Assembly: GCA_037443285.1 (NCBI GenBank)
Contig: JBBIOQ010000004.1
Span: forward strand, 23,681-87,680
DNA: 64,000 nt
Direction of reading: 5' to 3'
From: Sphingobacteriales bacterium
Lineage (GTDB): Bacteria > Bacteroidota > Bacteroidia > Chitinophagales > Chitinophagaceae
Within the stretch, counting starts at the first letter, position 1; the number at the start of each line of letters is the position of its first letter. A program made the translations under genes and the position numbers. Of the stretch, positions 50,401-58,944 are shown one piece after another. The notes under the pieces are model-generated. The model was given only the letters and a program-made list of their open reading frames with translations, was not told where the DNA came from and did no database searches.

Positions 50401-50637
50401 TTCAAGTTCAAAAATGCGTCGTTGGGGTATACCCTGCCAAGCAGCCTCCTTACCAAAATGAAGCTTGCTTCCTTCCGGATTTATATCACTGGGCAGAACT
50501 TCCTGATAGCTACAAAGTATCCCGGACCTGATCCTGAAGTATCATCAAACGGAAACACCACCATTGCTCAGGGTGTGGACAGAAACACAGCAGCTAATGC
50601 CAAAACATTCCTGATTGGCCTCAATGTTGGATTCTAA
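47482..50637 (+). CDS. SusC/RagA family TonB-linked outer membrane protein
   Basis: 1051 aa. Signal peptide, CarbopepD_reg-like domain, LDEVVVVGYGTAKKKEVTGSMASV, and C-terminus ...GLNVGF. Confidence 0.93.
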   Translation: MRKIAIACLCLCWALGALAQGKTVTGKVTDAKDGSPLAGVSVTVPGGVGVKTEGDGSFSISVQANAKTLVFSFVGFETATLTIPANGVLNVSLTSSENKLDEVVVVGYGTAKKKEVTGSMASVKGSTLATKPVQTFDQALAGRAAGVQITIPNGVLNSPPVFRIRGTNSISLSSYPLIVVDGIPSYTGDYSQTASAGNALANINPNDIESIDIAKDAAATSIYGSRAANGVVFITTKKGRQGKAKVSYAGWVSVNKPFRNPEVLNANDYIAFKTSAVANNPTASAIQYLPSYDAQGKMIDTKWADQVYRDGISQSHNVNVSGGSDATTYYFSAGYTDQQGILRGNNFKRLNTLLNVDSRINKVVTIGGKLSFSNEKNIAANTSGSLNGSAFNTGGLGRLAIVLPSIIGPYNNDGTYNINGSAIGSSNIKGISSLSYYNPVPLLDLNNSSSENNHIQSNAYLQIKPVNGLTLKTSYGIDYLLVDNNIFWTPITGDGYSYNGYAWSGSDKYTTSLWTTTGQYDRTIANKHNLSLLVGNEQQRRTSQRYGIQRQNLSDAAYNVIQAGYTTNNPADLFLGENYLLSNFARLSYNYDNKYFIGGNYRRDEYSALGEKKGDFYGVSAAWDVSKENFWTKSGIQKTISSLKVRGSYGKVGNIAGIGDFSPYSTFGSGLYGGLATLAFSSVGNDKLKWETSLKTDVGLQIGFLNDKITAEVTYYNNDINGLILNVPQSPSTGLPSSPPANVGSMYNKGIEFTVNAAVINKRDFSWNTSFNITQNKNEVTALAPGLPYILQSTSGLESVNRTEVGKSLGYLWVVKTNGVDPETGKRVFVNSKGTNVYYQYYAPTGQFNYSTTPDGTTKYVSPTGATAISQAADAVMYANTVPKIYGGWDNNFRYKNFDLNLMFTYQTGFYVYYGTNAGLHDQRWWNNSTDVLTKAWKSKGDANMLYAKPVYSDNVSNGSSMPLNINVFKGDFFKFKNASLGYTLPSSLLTKMKLASFRIYITGQNFLIATKYPGPDPEVSSNGNTTIAQGVDRNTAANAKTFLIGLNVGF

Positions 50638-50658
50638 AACCAGTAAAAGATTATTAGT

Positions 50659-52140
50659 ATGAAATTGTATAATAAATATCTGCTCGCATTAGGTGTAGGT
50701 GCCATTTCTCTTGCTTCGTGCCATAGAGATTTGCTCTCACCGGTGCCAAAAACAAGCATTACCGATGCCTCGGCTTTCAGCACGCCATCAAGGGTATCGG
50801 CCCAGCTTTTGTCGCTCTATGGTGCCATGAAGGCCGGCAACTTCTACGGCGGCCGCTATTTGATTTATGGTGATATCAGGGGAGAAGATTTCATCAACGA
50901 AACAGGAAACCTTGTTACGGGTTCTGATGTGTGGGCACTTAACCCCACCAACAGTGCCACAGGTGTTATTAACCTCTGGTCTTCGGCTTATTACACCATC
51001 AACTGCGTAAATGTTTTCCTTGAAGGCATGGCAAATGGTGGAAACGCTGTGGTAGGCGATGCTACTGCAAAAAAGTACATTGCTGAAGCCAAATTAGTGC
51101 GTGCTGTCAGCTATTTCAGCATGTTGCAATATTACTGCCGCCCATACGCCGATGGCTCAGGCAGCAAGCCGGGATTGCCACTCAGGCTCACAGCCATCAA
51201 GGGCGCTGGAGCGTCTGACATGGCACGCAGCACAGTGGCTCAGGTGTACGACCAGGTATTAAAAGACCTGAATGAAGCAGAAGCAGATTTGCCCGCTTCT
51301 TACACAGCTGCATCAGACAATGTAACCCGTGCACACAAAAACACAGCTATCGCTCTGAAGAGCAGGGTATACCTCACCATGCAGAACTATGCCAAGGTGA
51401 TTGAAGAAGCCAACAAAATAGTGCCTGCATCTGCACCATTCAAGGCAGCTACTGGTGTTCCCAATACGCTGAATGCGAGCTACACAGGTATCTTCTCGAC
51501 TTATACCACTGCTGAGTCTATTTTCTCCATGCCTATGACTTCAACTACTGGTGACAACCCCGGTACGCAGAACCAATTGGCATATTATTTCTCGCCTACC
51601 TCATCATTGGGCGGTGTAGGCAACGGTGAATTTTCACTTAACCAATCGGGTATTATTGCCGATGCCACATGGCTGACTACTGATGCCCGCAGAAGTTTTG
51701 TGAAGAAGACTACAGCCACAAATGGTACCATCAAATATTGGCTTACCAAATACAACGTGGGAAGTCCTTACACCGACTGGGCTCCTGTAATCCGCTATGC
51801 GGAGGTGATGTTGAGCCTTGCCGAAGCCAGGGCAAGAACTACCAACAGCGTAGATGCTCAGGCTGTCGCATTGCTCAATGCAGTGCGCACAAGGTCCGAT
51901 CCATCTACTGTGTTCACCACTTCAAGCTTTGCGAATGCTACTGAACTGGTGAATGCTATCCTGAAAGAAAGAAGGATTGAATTTATGGGTGAAGGCATTC
52001 GTAACACCGACCTGTTGCGATTGCTGCAAACCATTCCGGCAAAAGGTACTGCTCAGTCTAAGTCTCCTTCAGATGTAGGTTACATTTGGCCAATATCAGC
52101 CAATGAACTTGCGCTGAATACACTCTGTACTGACAACTAA
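50659..52140 (+). CDS. SusD/RagB family nutrient-binding lipoprotein
   Basis: 493 aa. Lipobox ISLASC, starting 21 nt after SusC, with the RRIEFMGEGIRNTDLLR block. Confidence 0.9.
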   Translation: MKLYNKYLLALGVGAISLASCHRDLLSPVPKTSITDASAFSTPSRVSAQLLSLYGAMKAGNFYGGRYLIYGDIRGEDFINETGNLVTGSDVWALNPTNSATGVINLWSSAYYTINCVNVFLEGMANGGNAVVGDATAKKYIAEAKLVRAVSYFSMLQYYCRPYADGSGSKPGLPLRLTAIKGAGASDMARSTVAQVYDQVLKDLNEAEADLPASYTAASDNVTRAHKNTAIALKSRVYLTMQNYAKVIEEANKIVPASAPFKAATGVPNTLNASYTGIFSTYTTAESIFSMPMTSTTGDNPGTQNQLAYYFSPTSSLGGVGNGEFSLNQSGIIADATWLTTDARRSFVKKTTATNGTIKYWLTKYNVGSPYTDWAPVIRYAEVMLSLAEARARTTNSVDAQAVALLNAVRTRSDPSTVFTTSSFANATELVNAILKERRIEFMGEGIRNTDLLRLLQTIPAKGTAQSKSPSDVGYIWPISANELALNTLCTDN

Positions 52141-52151
52141 GATTCCTGGTT

Positions 52152-52183
52152 AACAAAGGGCTGCCATTGTGCAGCCCTTTGTT
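52152..52183 (+). terminator. Rho-independent terminator after the second SusD
   Basis: AACAAAGGGCTGC-cattgt-GCAGCCCTTTGTT followed by CATTTAT. It overlaps the 5' end of the listed ORF at 52167, which argues for the later start at 52212. Confidence 0.75.
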
Positions 52184-52211
52184 CATTTATAGCCATGCAT
52201 ATTCGCCAAAA

Positions 52212-52898
52212 ATGATTCGATATTGTTCCTTGTTCGTGCTTCTTGTGCTGCTTTCTTTCATCAAAGGAAACGGCCAGCAGGTAGCCTATTTCAACGATGG
52301 CAACGGTAAGGCTATCTATTTTGCGAAAGACAATGCAAGGTCTGAAGGAAGTCCGTATTTGTACGATGAATACAAATGGGGCATCATGCAAATGACTGAT
52401 GGAAAAAGATTTCTGCCGTTGAAAATAAAAGTGAACATCTTCAATGGCGATGTTCAGTTTTTAAGTGATACCGGCGATGAAATGCTTGCAGTTGTTCCCG
52501 TTGCTTCCATTGCATTTTATGGAAATGAAAATAACAGTGCCACTAAAGACACCACATGGATTGTTGGTCTCCCTGCAGCAATCAATGACAAGAATGCTTT
52601 GATAGCTGAACTGTTGGTTGATGGAAAAGTAAGACTCTGCAAAACATTCAGTGTTACCTGCAATTCTCAATCGGCATATGGCCAGGCCGGAACAGTGAAC
52701 ACTTATACTAATGGCAAAAGAAAACTTATTGCTGTAATGGGCGGCAAAACGGTATCACTGAAGTTTAGCCAGGATTTTGTGCTGCAGCTATGCAGCGATA
52801 AACAAACTGAAATGCAGGCGTATTTCCGAAAATCAAACAACACCTGCAATAGCGAAAATAAATTGATCGAAGCCTTTACTTTCTACAACCAACTCTGA
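52212..52898 (+). CDS. Secreted hypothetical protein
   Basis: Signal peptide MIRYCSLFVLLVLLSFIKGNGQQ. No recognisable motif. Confidence 0.58.
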   Translation: MIRYCSLFVLLVLLSFIKGNGQQVAYFNDGNGKAIYFAKDNARSEGSPYLYDEYKWGIMQMTDGKRFLPLKIKVNIFNGDVQFLSDTGDEMLAVVPVASIAFYGNENNSATKDTTWIVGLPAAINDKNALIAELLVDGKVRLCKTFSVTCNSQSAYGQAGTVNTYTNGKRKLIAVMGGKTVSLKFSQDFVLQLCSDKQTEMQAYFRKSNNTCNSENKLIEAFTFYNQL

Positions 52899-52948
52899 GC
52901 ATTAAATGCATCAAGTGATGCTTTAATCAAGGTAGGAAATTAGTTTGC

Positions 52949-54097
52949 CTACTTGAGTACTTCTTTTAGTTTCAATTCTAGTAAGCTGTCTGTAAGATTA
53001 ATGGCTTTTACTTCTCCTTTAGGGTCTACCAACATATTAAATGGCAGCGCCTGGATATCGAACAAACTTGCAGCCTTGCTATCCCAGTATTTAAGGTCAC
53101 TAACATTTGTCCATGTCAGTGTGTCCTTTGCAATAGCATTCAACCAGGCATTGCGATCTTTATCAAGCGAAACACCAAGTACAGTGAAGTTGCGCTTATT
53201 GTATTTTCTGTAGGCGGCCACCACGTTTGGATTTTGCTTTCTGCAAGGTTCGCACCAACTGGCCCAACAGTCCACCAATACCCAACGGCCTCGGAAGGAG
53301 CTAAGCGAAATATTTTTGCCCGCTGTATCAGGCAACACCAACTCCGGTACCGGCTTATTCAGCAATTGACTTCCCTGTGGCATTTTGCCTGCATTGCTTA
53401 CCCGCAGCAATGCAAGGCCCGGATGCTGTGGATGCGCAACAATAGCCTTTTCCAATTGGCCATTCCATGCATTTTGCGAGAGAAATTTCTTCGCCATCCC
53501 CAATGCAAAATATTGTGCAGTGGCATTCTTTTCACTGCTGAGATATGCCAGCAGGTAATCGTTTAATTGTTTTTGTTGTGCATCTCGTTTTTCCAGCACT
53601 GCAGTGCGGAGACTGTCGCTGGTTTTTTTGTCGCGGGAAATGTTTTCTGCATCAGCCAGCGATTGTTGCCATTGCTGGTATAGTGGCATGAAGCCTTCGT
53701 ATAATGACTTGATGGATTTGCTGGCAGGCGAACCAATTGTTTCATATCGTTCAGGATGAATGGCATCAGCTTGCAGTTCAATATGGTTTGCATCGTTGAT
53801 AATGAGGATGCCCGGGCCGCCTGCTATAAATAGCTGGTACAGGTTCTCCTGGCTTTGCACCGATTGCAGGTGAAATTTTCCTGTGCTGTCAAGAACAGCA
53901 GAATCGAGCACCATGCGGTTGGGCGAGGCATAGGGCAATTCAGCCAGCATTATTTTGCTGCCAGCGGCTTGTGTAAACACACCCTCTACAACCAGCTGGT
54001 CATTATTCTTTTGGGTGCAGGCGCCCAGCATTGTTATGGCAACAATCAGCCATGCATTCAATGGCCGCTGCGTGTTGGTTTTGTATGTCAGGTTCAT
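52949..54097 (-). CDS. TlpA-like thiol:disulfide oxidoreductase (thioredoxin fold) with N-terminal extension
   Basis: 382 aa. Signal/lipoprotein-like N-terminus, and a C-terminal thioredoxin domain with WASWCEPC (CxxC). Confidence 0.85.
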   Translation of the reverse strand: MNLTYKTNTQRPLNAWLIVAITMLGACTQKNNDQLVVEGVFTQAAGSKIMLAELPYASPNRMVLDSAVLDSTGKFHLQSVQSQENLYQLFIAGGPGILIINDANHIELQADAIHPERYETIGSPASKSIKSLYEGFMPLYQQWQQSLADAENISRDKKTSDSLRTAVLEKRDAQQKQLNDYLLAYLSSEKNATAQYFALGMAKKFLSQNAWNGQLEKAIVAHPQHPGLALLRVSNAGKMPQGSQLLNKPVPELVLPDTAGKNISLSSFRGRWVLVDCWASWCEPCRKQNPNVVAAYRKYNKRNFTVLGVSLDKDRNAWLNAIAKDTLTWTNVSDLKYWDSKAASLFDIQALPFNMLVDPKGEVKAINLTDSLLELKLKEVLK

Positions 54098-55527
54098 CCT
54101 ATTTTGAGTTTTTCTTCCAGGAGTTTGGTTACTACCTGCGGGTCTGCTTTGCCTTTCGATAATTTTTTCACTTCACCTACAAACAACCCAATGAGGCCTT
54201 TTTTGCCTTTTTGGTATTCCTTCACCTTATCCGGCATATTGCGTATTACAGCTTCCACCCAAGCTTCCAGTTCGCCTTCATTGCTTTCCTGGACAATGCC
54301 CAGTTGAGCAGCAAGTCCTGCTACGTTGTCTGCCGGTGAAGCCAACATGGCAGGCAGTAAGCGTGTGGCCGCCATGCTGAAATTTACTTTGCCGCTTTGC
54401 ACTATTTCAATCAGCGAAGCCATTTGATTAGCACTTATCGGAAACAACTCTATTTCCTGTTGGTTTTCGTTTAACCAGCTCTTCACAGGTCCCAGCAACC
54501 AGTTGGCAGCGGGCTTGGCAGGAGCACCTGCATTCAGCAGGTCGAGGAAGTAATCGGCAAATGCTTTGTCTTCAGTAAGCACTTCGGCATCTTTCTCCGG
54601 TAACTGCAGCTTACCAGTAAGTTCCGCTTTCAGTTGCTGCGGCAGGGCGGGCATCGTTGCCCTGATGCTTTCTATTTGTTCATCGGTTGTGGCAAATGGT
54701 GGTAAATCGGGACAGGGAAAATAACGGTAATCGTTGGCTTCTTCCTTTTCACGCTGACCAATAGTCGTGTTGTTGTCTGCATTGTAGCCACGCGTCTCCT
54801 GCACAATAAGGCCACCATTTTTCAATATGCCTACCTGCCTTAGCGCTTCAGCATCAATGGCCCTTTTTACATTTCGTATGCTGTTGAGGTTTTTTACTTC
54901 CACCTTGGTTCCCAGTTTCTTTTCACCCACAGGCCTTACAGAAATGTTGGCATCGCATCGCAGGCTTCCTTCTTCCATGTTACCATCGCAAACGTTGAGC
55001 CATCGCACCAGTTTGCGCAGTTCGGTAAGGAATGCAAAGGCTTCATCGCTGCTGTGAATGGCGGGGTCGGTTACCAATTCCAGCAGGGGCATGCCTGCAC
55101 GGTTCAAATCAATGCAACTATAATCAGGGTCAGCATCATGCACACTTTTTCCTGCATCTTCTTCCAGGTGAATGTGGTGGATGGGCACCTCGCCCAGTGC
55201 TGTACTAACAAAACCGCCTATGAGTATGGGCTCGGTGAGTTGGGATGTTTGATAGCCTTTCGGAAGGTCGGGGTAGAAATAGTGTTTGCGGTCGAAATGA
55301 CTATGGTGGCTGATACGGCAGTTGAGCGCAAGGCCCAGCCTGATGGCCAATTCAACGGCGTGTTTGTTGAGCATGGGTAAGGTGCCTGGGTGCGCCAGGC
55401 TGATAGGCGAAACCTGGCTGTTGGGTGCTGCGCCAAATTGTGTGGCATCTGCACAAAAAAGTTTGGTGCGGGTGAGCAGTTGTATGTGAACCTCCAGGCC
55501 CACCACCATTTCAAATCCTTCCATCAT
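54094..55527 (-). CDS. gatB: Asp-tRNA(Asn)/Glu-tRNA(Gln) amidotransferase subunit B
   Basis: MMEGFEMVVGLEVHIQL start, with conserved GatB blocks (ISLAHPGTLP, RKHYFYPDLPKGYQ). Its stop overlaps the TlpA-like start (ATGA at 54094-54097). Confidence 0.93.
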   Translation of the reverse strand: MMEGFEMVVGLEVHIQLLTRTKLFCADATQFGAAPNSQVSPISLAHPGTLPMLNKHAVELAIRLGLALNCRISHHSHFDRKHYFYPDLPKGYQTSQLTEPILIGGFVSTALGEVPIHHIHLEEDAGKSVHDADPDYSCIDLNRAGMPLLELVTDPAIHSSDEAFAFLTELRKLVRWLNVCDGNMEEGSLRCDANISVRPVGEKKLGTKVEVKNLNSIRNVKRAIDAEALRQVGILKNGGLIVQETRGYNADNNTTIGQREKEEANDYRYFPCPDLPPFATTDEQIESIRATMPALPQQLKAELTGKLQLPEKDAEVLTEDKAFADYFLDLLNAGAPAKPAANWLLGPVKSWLNENQQEIELFPISANQMASLIEIVQSGKVNFSMAATRLLPAMLASPADNVAGLAAQLGIVQESNEGELEAWVEAVIRNMPDKVKEYQKGKKGLIGLFVGEVKKLSKGKADPQVVTKLLEEKLKIG

Positions 55528-55614
55528 GCCGCAAATGTAAAGCCCTTGCCAATCGGCCAAATGAAAAAGCCCTTTGAAGGCAAAGGGCTTAACTAATAAC
55601 AAACATGAGAATAT

Positions 55615-56592
55615 TTACAAATCGGCTGTTTTGATTTTTTTGGGCACACGCAGCGTAAGGCTTTCAGTTTTGCCACTACGCAGCACTTTTAATCCAAGGG
55701 AAGATTTGTCGTGTGATTCTGCCAAAATCCTGCGGAGTTCATCAATATTCTTAATGTTCTCTCCTTCCACTTCGGTAATGATGTCATCCTTTTGCAGGCC
55801 TGCCTTTGCGGCCTGGCTTTCCGGCTCAATGGTGCTTACTTTGGCGCCATCTCCATCGGGATTGTCTTCCACACCCATACCAAACTTAGGCCTGTCGTCG
55901 CGGATAACATAGCCTCTTGGGCCATATGGGGCAGCAAAGGCCATCGGCGGATCAATACGGATATTGAAATCCTTCATGAAATCTTCCCCGTTCGAAAAGG
56001 CAAAGGCTTCCTCCGACCTTCCGAGGGTAACTTTCACTTTTTTCTCCTTGTCTTCGCGCAGGTAAGTCACATCAACGGTTTCTTCCGGCTTGAATTTGCG
56101 GATAGTTTCTTGCAGGCTTTGAGTGCTGGTAATCTTTGTTTCGTTCACACTGGTAATAATATCACCTTCTTTCAGACCAGCCTTTTCAGCTGCGCTTTCA
56201 TCCATTACATCGGTCACTTTTGCACCTTTGTCTGCTTGTTCGGTTACAACGCCCAGCATGGCCTTCGGCTTGTCTGAAGTTACTTTATAGTTGTAGGCTC
56301 CACCCTGGTGCGGTACCATTACATGGTTGCCATTAATGACTACGTCATCGTCTATTACAATATGCTTTTTACCCTGGTACTGATCAGCGGGCTTGCCGTT
56401 GATGGTCACTTTGTTTCCTTCAATCACAATCACTGTTTTTTCGCTGGCCTTCCCCGATTTTTCTTCAATAGTTATCTCTTTTTTCTCCTGCTTCTTCGTG
56501 TCAGGTGTTGTCTTTTGGGGAGTCTTTTGCTGGGCAATGGCTGCGGTGGCTATCACACCCAGGCAGGCCAGCAACAAGTATGTTTTTTTCAT
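55615..56592 (-). CDS. Secreted tandem-PDZ domain protein (no protease domain)
   Basis: 325 aa with a signal peptide and a Lys/Glu/Thr-rich linker. It has two PDZ-like units (AAEKAGLKEGDIITSVN and AAKAGLQKDDIITEVEG). Confidence 0.8.
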   Translation of the reverse strand: MKKTYLLLACLGVIATAAIAQQKTPQKTTPDTKKQEKKEITIEEKSGKASEKTVIVIEGNKVTINGKPADQYQGKKHIVIDDDVVINGNHVMVPHQGGAYNYKVTSDKPKAMLGVVTEQADKGAKVTDVMDESAAEKAGLKEGDIITSVNETKITSTQSLQETIRKFKPEETVDVTYLREDKEKKVKVTLGRSEEAFAFSNGEDFMKDFNIRIDPPMAFAAPYGPRGYVIRDDRPKFGMGVEDNPDGDGAKVSTIEPESQAAKAGLQKDDIITEVEGENIKNIDELRRILAESHDKSSLGLKVLRSGKTESLTLRVPKKIKTADL

Positions 56593-56614
56593 AACTAAGA
56601 AATTTTTCGTAGTT

Positions 56615-56622
56615 CAAATATA
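56615..56622 (-). promoter_or_regulatory. Candidate -7 promoter box for the PDZ gene
   Basis: The minus strand reads TATATTTG (TAnnTTTG consensus), 23 nt upstream of the ATG at 56592. Confidence 0.35.
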
Positions 56623-56724
56623 GGCAAGAAAATCATACTGCGAAAACTTTCGTAGATTTTAGAAATATTTATGAAAAGGGGGAGAGAAAGCTACTAGCTG
56701 CGAGCTTCACCGGGTTTTATGGTA

Positions 56725-56810
56725 ACTCTTGAACTTGTAAACTTGTGAACTTGTGAACTCGTGAACTATTAAACCCTAAACCTCAAACCTCAAACCTCGA
56801 ACTCCGAACC
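56725..56810. repeat. Two adjacent short tandem arrays: octamer (ACTTGTGA)x5, then heptamer (AAACCTC)x5-6
   Basis: Units read directly: actcttga|acttgtaa|acttgtga|acttgtga|actcgtga, then aaaccct|aaacctc|aaacctc|aaacctc|gaactcc|gaacc. The arrays end 5 nt from the stop of the reductase gene. Confidence 0.85.
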
Positions 56811-56814
56811 TTCC

Positions 56815-57891
56815 TCACCCATCATAATCCACTTTTACCATGGGAGTCCTTGGGTGCGACTGGCAGGTGAGGATGTAGCCCGCAGCAATTTCATCGGGTT
56901 CGAGGCCGTACACCACATCCATGTCCACCTTGCCCTCAATAAGTTTTGCCTTGCAGGTGCAGCAAACGCCGCCTTTGCAGGCATAGGGCAGGTCGGCGCC
57001 CTGCAGCAAGGCACCATCCAGAATGCTGTTGCCTACATACTCCAGCGGGAATGAAGATTCAATTCCGTCCATCTGAATGATTACTTCTGCCATGGGCTGT
57101 TTATGGCTGGGAGCGGCATCGTTTTTATGGATGGGCTTGTGTGCTGTTGATGTGTTGAACAATTCAAAATGAATGCGCTCCTTTGCAATTCCCTGCTCCA
57201 GCAAAAAGTCCCTGATGGTGAAAATCATGGCTTCGGGGCCGCAGATAAAACAATCATCAATAAGTGAAAAGTTGATGAACTTTCCAGCGAACTGGCTGCA
57301 TTTCAGTGCATCGAGCCGGCCATAGTTAATTTCTGTTTCTGTTTTTTCGCGGCTAAGCACGTGCAGCATGCGAAAGCGGTGTATGTATTTGTCCTTCAGT
57401 TCTTCCAGCTCTTCCTTAAAAATAATACTGTTGCGGTTTCGGTTGCCAAACACAAGGGTAAAAGTGCTGAAGTGCTCTGCATGCAACGTTCCTTTTATAA
57501 TGCTGATGATGGGTGTAATGCCGCTCCCTGCAGCAAATGCCAGGTAGTTTTTTCGGTGCGTTTCGTGCAGTGGGGTATAAAACCTTCCTGTTGGTGGCAT
57601 CACATCCAGGGTCATGCCTTTTTTCAGTTCTTCATTGGCCCAGCGGCTTAACTGGCCACCTTCCATTTTCTTGATGGCCACACGCCACACGCCTTCATTC
57701 GGGCCGGTGCAAAGACTGTAGTTGCGCCGCACTTCCTCTCCATTAATATTTGCCCGGATAGTAAGGTGCTGTCCTTGTGTAAATGCAAAAGTTTCCTTGA
57801 GTTCATCAGGTACATTAAAAGTTACCGTAACGCAATCTGCTGTTTCCGGCTGAACCCTTCTCACTGTAAGCGGATAAAAATGTGCGGCCAT
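56815..57891 (-). CDS. PaaE/PaaK-like ferredoxin-NAD(P) reductase (FAD + NAD + C-terminal 2Fe-2S domains)
   Basis: 358 aa. RNYSLC (FAD RxYS), AAGSGITPIISI (NAD), and a plant-type ferredoxin cysteine pattern CKGGVCCTCKAKL...LTCQ. Confidence 0.85.
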   Translation of the reverse strand: MAAHFYPLTVRRVQPETADCVTVTFNVPDELKETFAFTQGQHLTIRANINGEEVRRNYSLCTGPNEGVWRVAIKKMEGGQLSRWANEELKKGMTLDVMPPTGRFYTPLHETHRKNYLAFAAGSGITPIISIIKGTLHAEHFSTFTLVFGNRNRNSIIFKEELEELKDKYIHRFRMLHVLSREKTETEINYGRLDALKCSQFAGKFINFSLIDDCFICGPEAMIFTIRDFLLEQGIAKERIHFELFNTSTAHKPIHKNDAAPSHKQPMAEVIIQMDGIESSFPLEYVGNSILDGALLQGADLPYACKGGVCCTCKAKLIEGKVDMDVVYGLEPDEIAAGYILTCQSHPRTPMVKVDYDG

Positions 57892-57920
57892 ATTGTCTGA
57901 ATTCTTTTTTTGAGGTAGCG

Positions 57921-58021
57921 GGTGTATGGTGTATGGCGTGAGGTGAATGGTGTATGGTGTATGGTGTATGGCGTGAGGCGTGGAGCGTGCAGCATGTAGC
58001 GTGCAGCATGTAGCGTGCAGC
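57921..58021. repeat. Heptamer array (GGTGTAT/GGCGTGA, 9 units) followed by a 14-mer array (AGCGTGCAGCATGT x2.7)
   Basis: Read directly. It fills the spacer between the TetR stop (58021-58023) and the reductase start (57891). Confidence 0.88.
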
Positions 58022-58611
58022 TATTCTTTCAATCCTTCGAGCAGCAACAACACCAAATCTTCGGTTACTTGTTTGGCGCTGATGTTCCTTTTGTTTCGCT
58101 GCCAGTATTCAATACTGCGAACCGCCGATAGCAATGTAAGCACTGCAATATGCGGATGCACTTTCCTGATTTCGCCTGCATTAATGCCTTGCTCCACAAT
58201 GGCTGCAAAACGGTTTTCGTATTGACGGCGCTGATTCAAGAAGTTGCTTAGCCAAGGCTCCTTCAGATGCTTCCAATCGCGATTGCTGATGTACACGGCA
58301 TCGTGGTTTGTAAGCAGCATGTGAATGTGAAACCTGATGATGGCTTCGGCCTTTTGCAAGGCCGTTGAAGATTGCATCTCCAACTCGTCAAGGTGTGAAG
58401 TGAAATCATCAGCCACCGAAAAGCACAGCTCCCGCAGCAATTCTTCTTTGCTGCTGATGTGATTGTACAGGCTGGCTGCTTCCATGCCTATGTGTTCTGC
58501 AAGCAGGCGCATCGTAGTGGCATTGTAGCCTTTTGATTTGAACAGGCCTGCAGCTTTTTGCAGTATTTGTTGTTTGCGGGAAATTGATTTTTCTGGTGTC
58601 GTTTTCAACAT
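58021..58611 (-). CDS. TetR/AcrR family transcriptional regulator
   Basis: N-terminal HTH (RKQQILQKAAGLFKSKGYNATTMRLLAEHIGMEAASLYNHISSKEELL). Met23 of the listed ORF is preferred. Confidence 0.86.
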   Translation of the reverse strand: MLKTTPEKSISRKQQILQKAAGLFKSKGYNATTMRLLAEHIGMEAASLYNHISSKEELLRELCFSVADDFTSHLDELEMQSSTALQKAEAIIRFHIHMLLTNHDAVYISNRDWKHLKEPWLSNFLNQRRQYENRFAAIVEQGINAGEIRKVHPHIAVLTLLSAVRSIEYWQRNKRNISAKQVTEDLVLLLLEGLKE

Positions 58612-58944
58612 GACAAGCGTTTGAGAAGCAGTTGCCTTTGCAGGCGCCAGCCGTACTGTGGGTGTAGTAAATGGCACTGCAAAACTAACGCTTGTTAGCC
58701 TTTGTGGGGTAAAACTTCAGAAGTATTTCAGTGAATGGCTGATTGCAGGCAACATTGTTTTTGAAAGCTCACGGGTGAATTGAAAACCGAAAATGAGGAA
58801 AAAATCTAAGCAGAAAAATGCTCAATATGTGGCCGTAAAAAGCACATGTACTCAAAACATACGCAGAACACAAAAGCCCATAAGGCATGTTTTGCTGTTT
58901 AATGCAAGATGAATACTTGAAGTTGGTTATGAAGGGCAAGCGAG

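Noticed and set aside
54094-54097. The ATGA stop/start overlap between gatB and the TlpA-like gene as a special feature.
   Set aside because: Four-nucleotide overlaps are common translational coupling in compact bacterial operons. It is noted in the feature evidence only.
57921-58021. Possible CRISPR array or minisatellite-encoded peptide (ORF 57815-58009, His/Thr/Pro-rich).
   Set aside because: The repeat units are only 7 and 14 nt, with no unique spacers. The region is bounded by a stop and a start codon of real genes, and the ORF is merely the translation of the tandem repeat.
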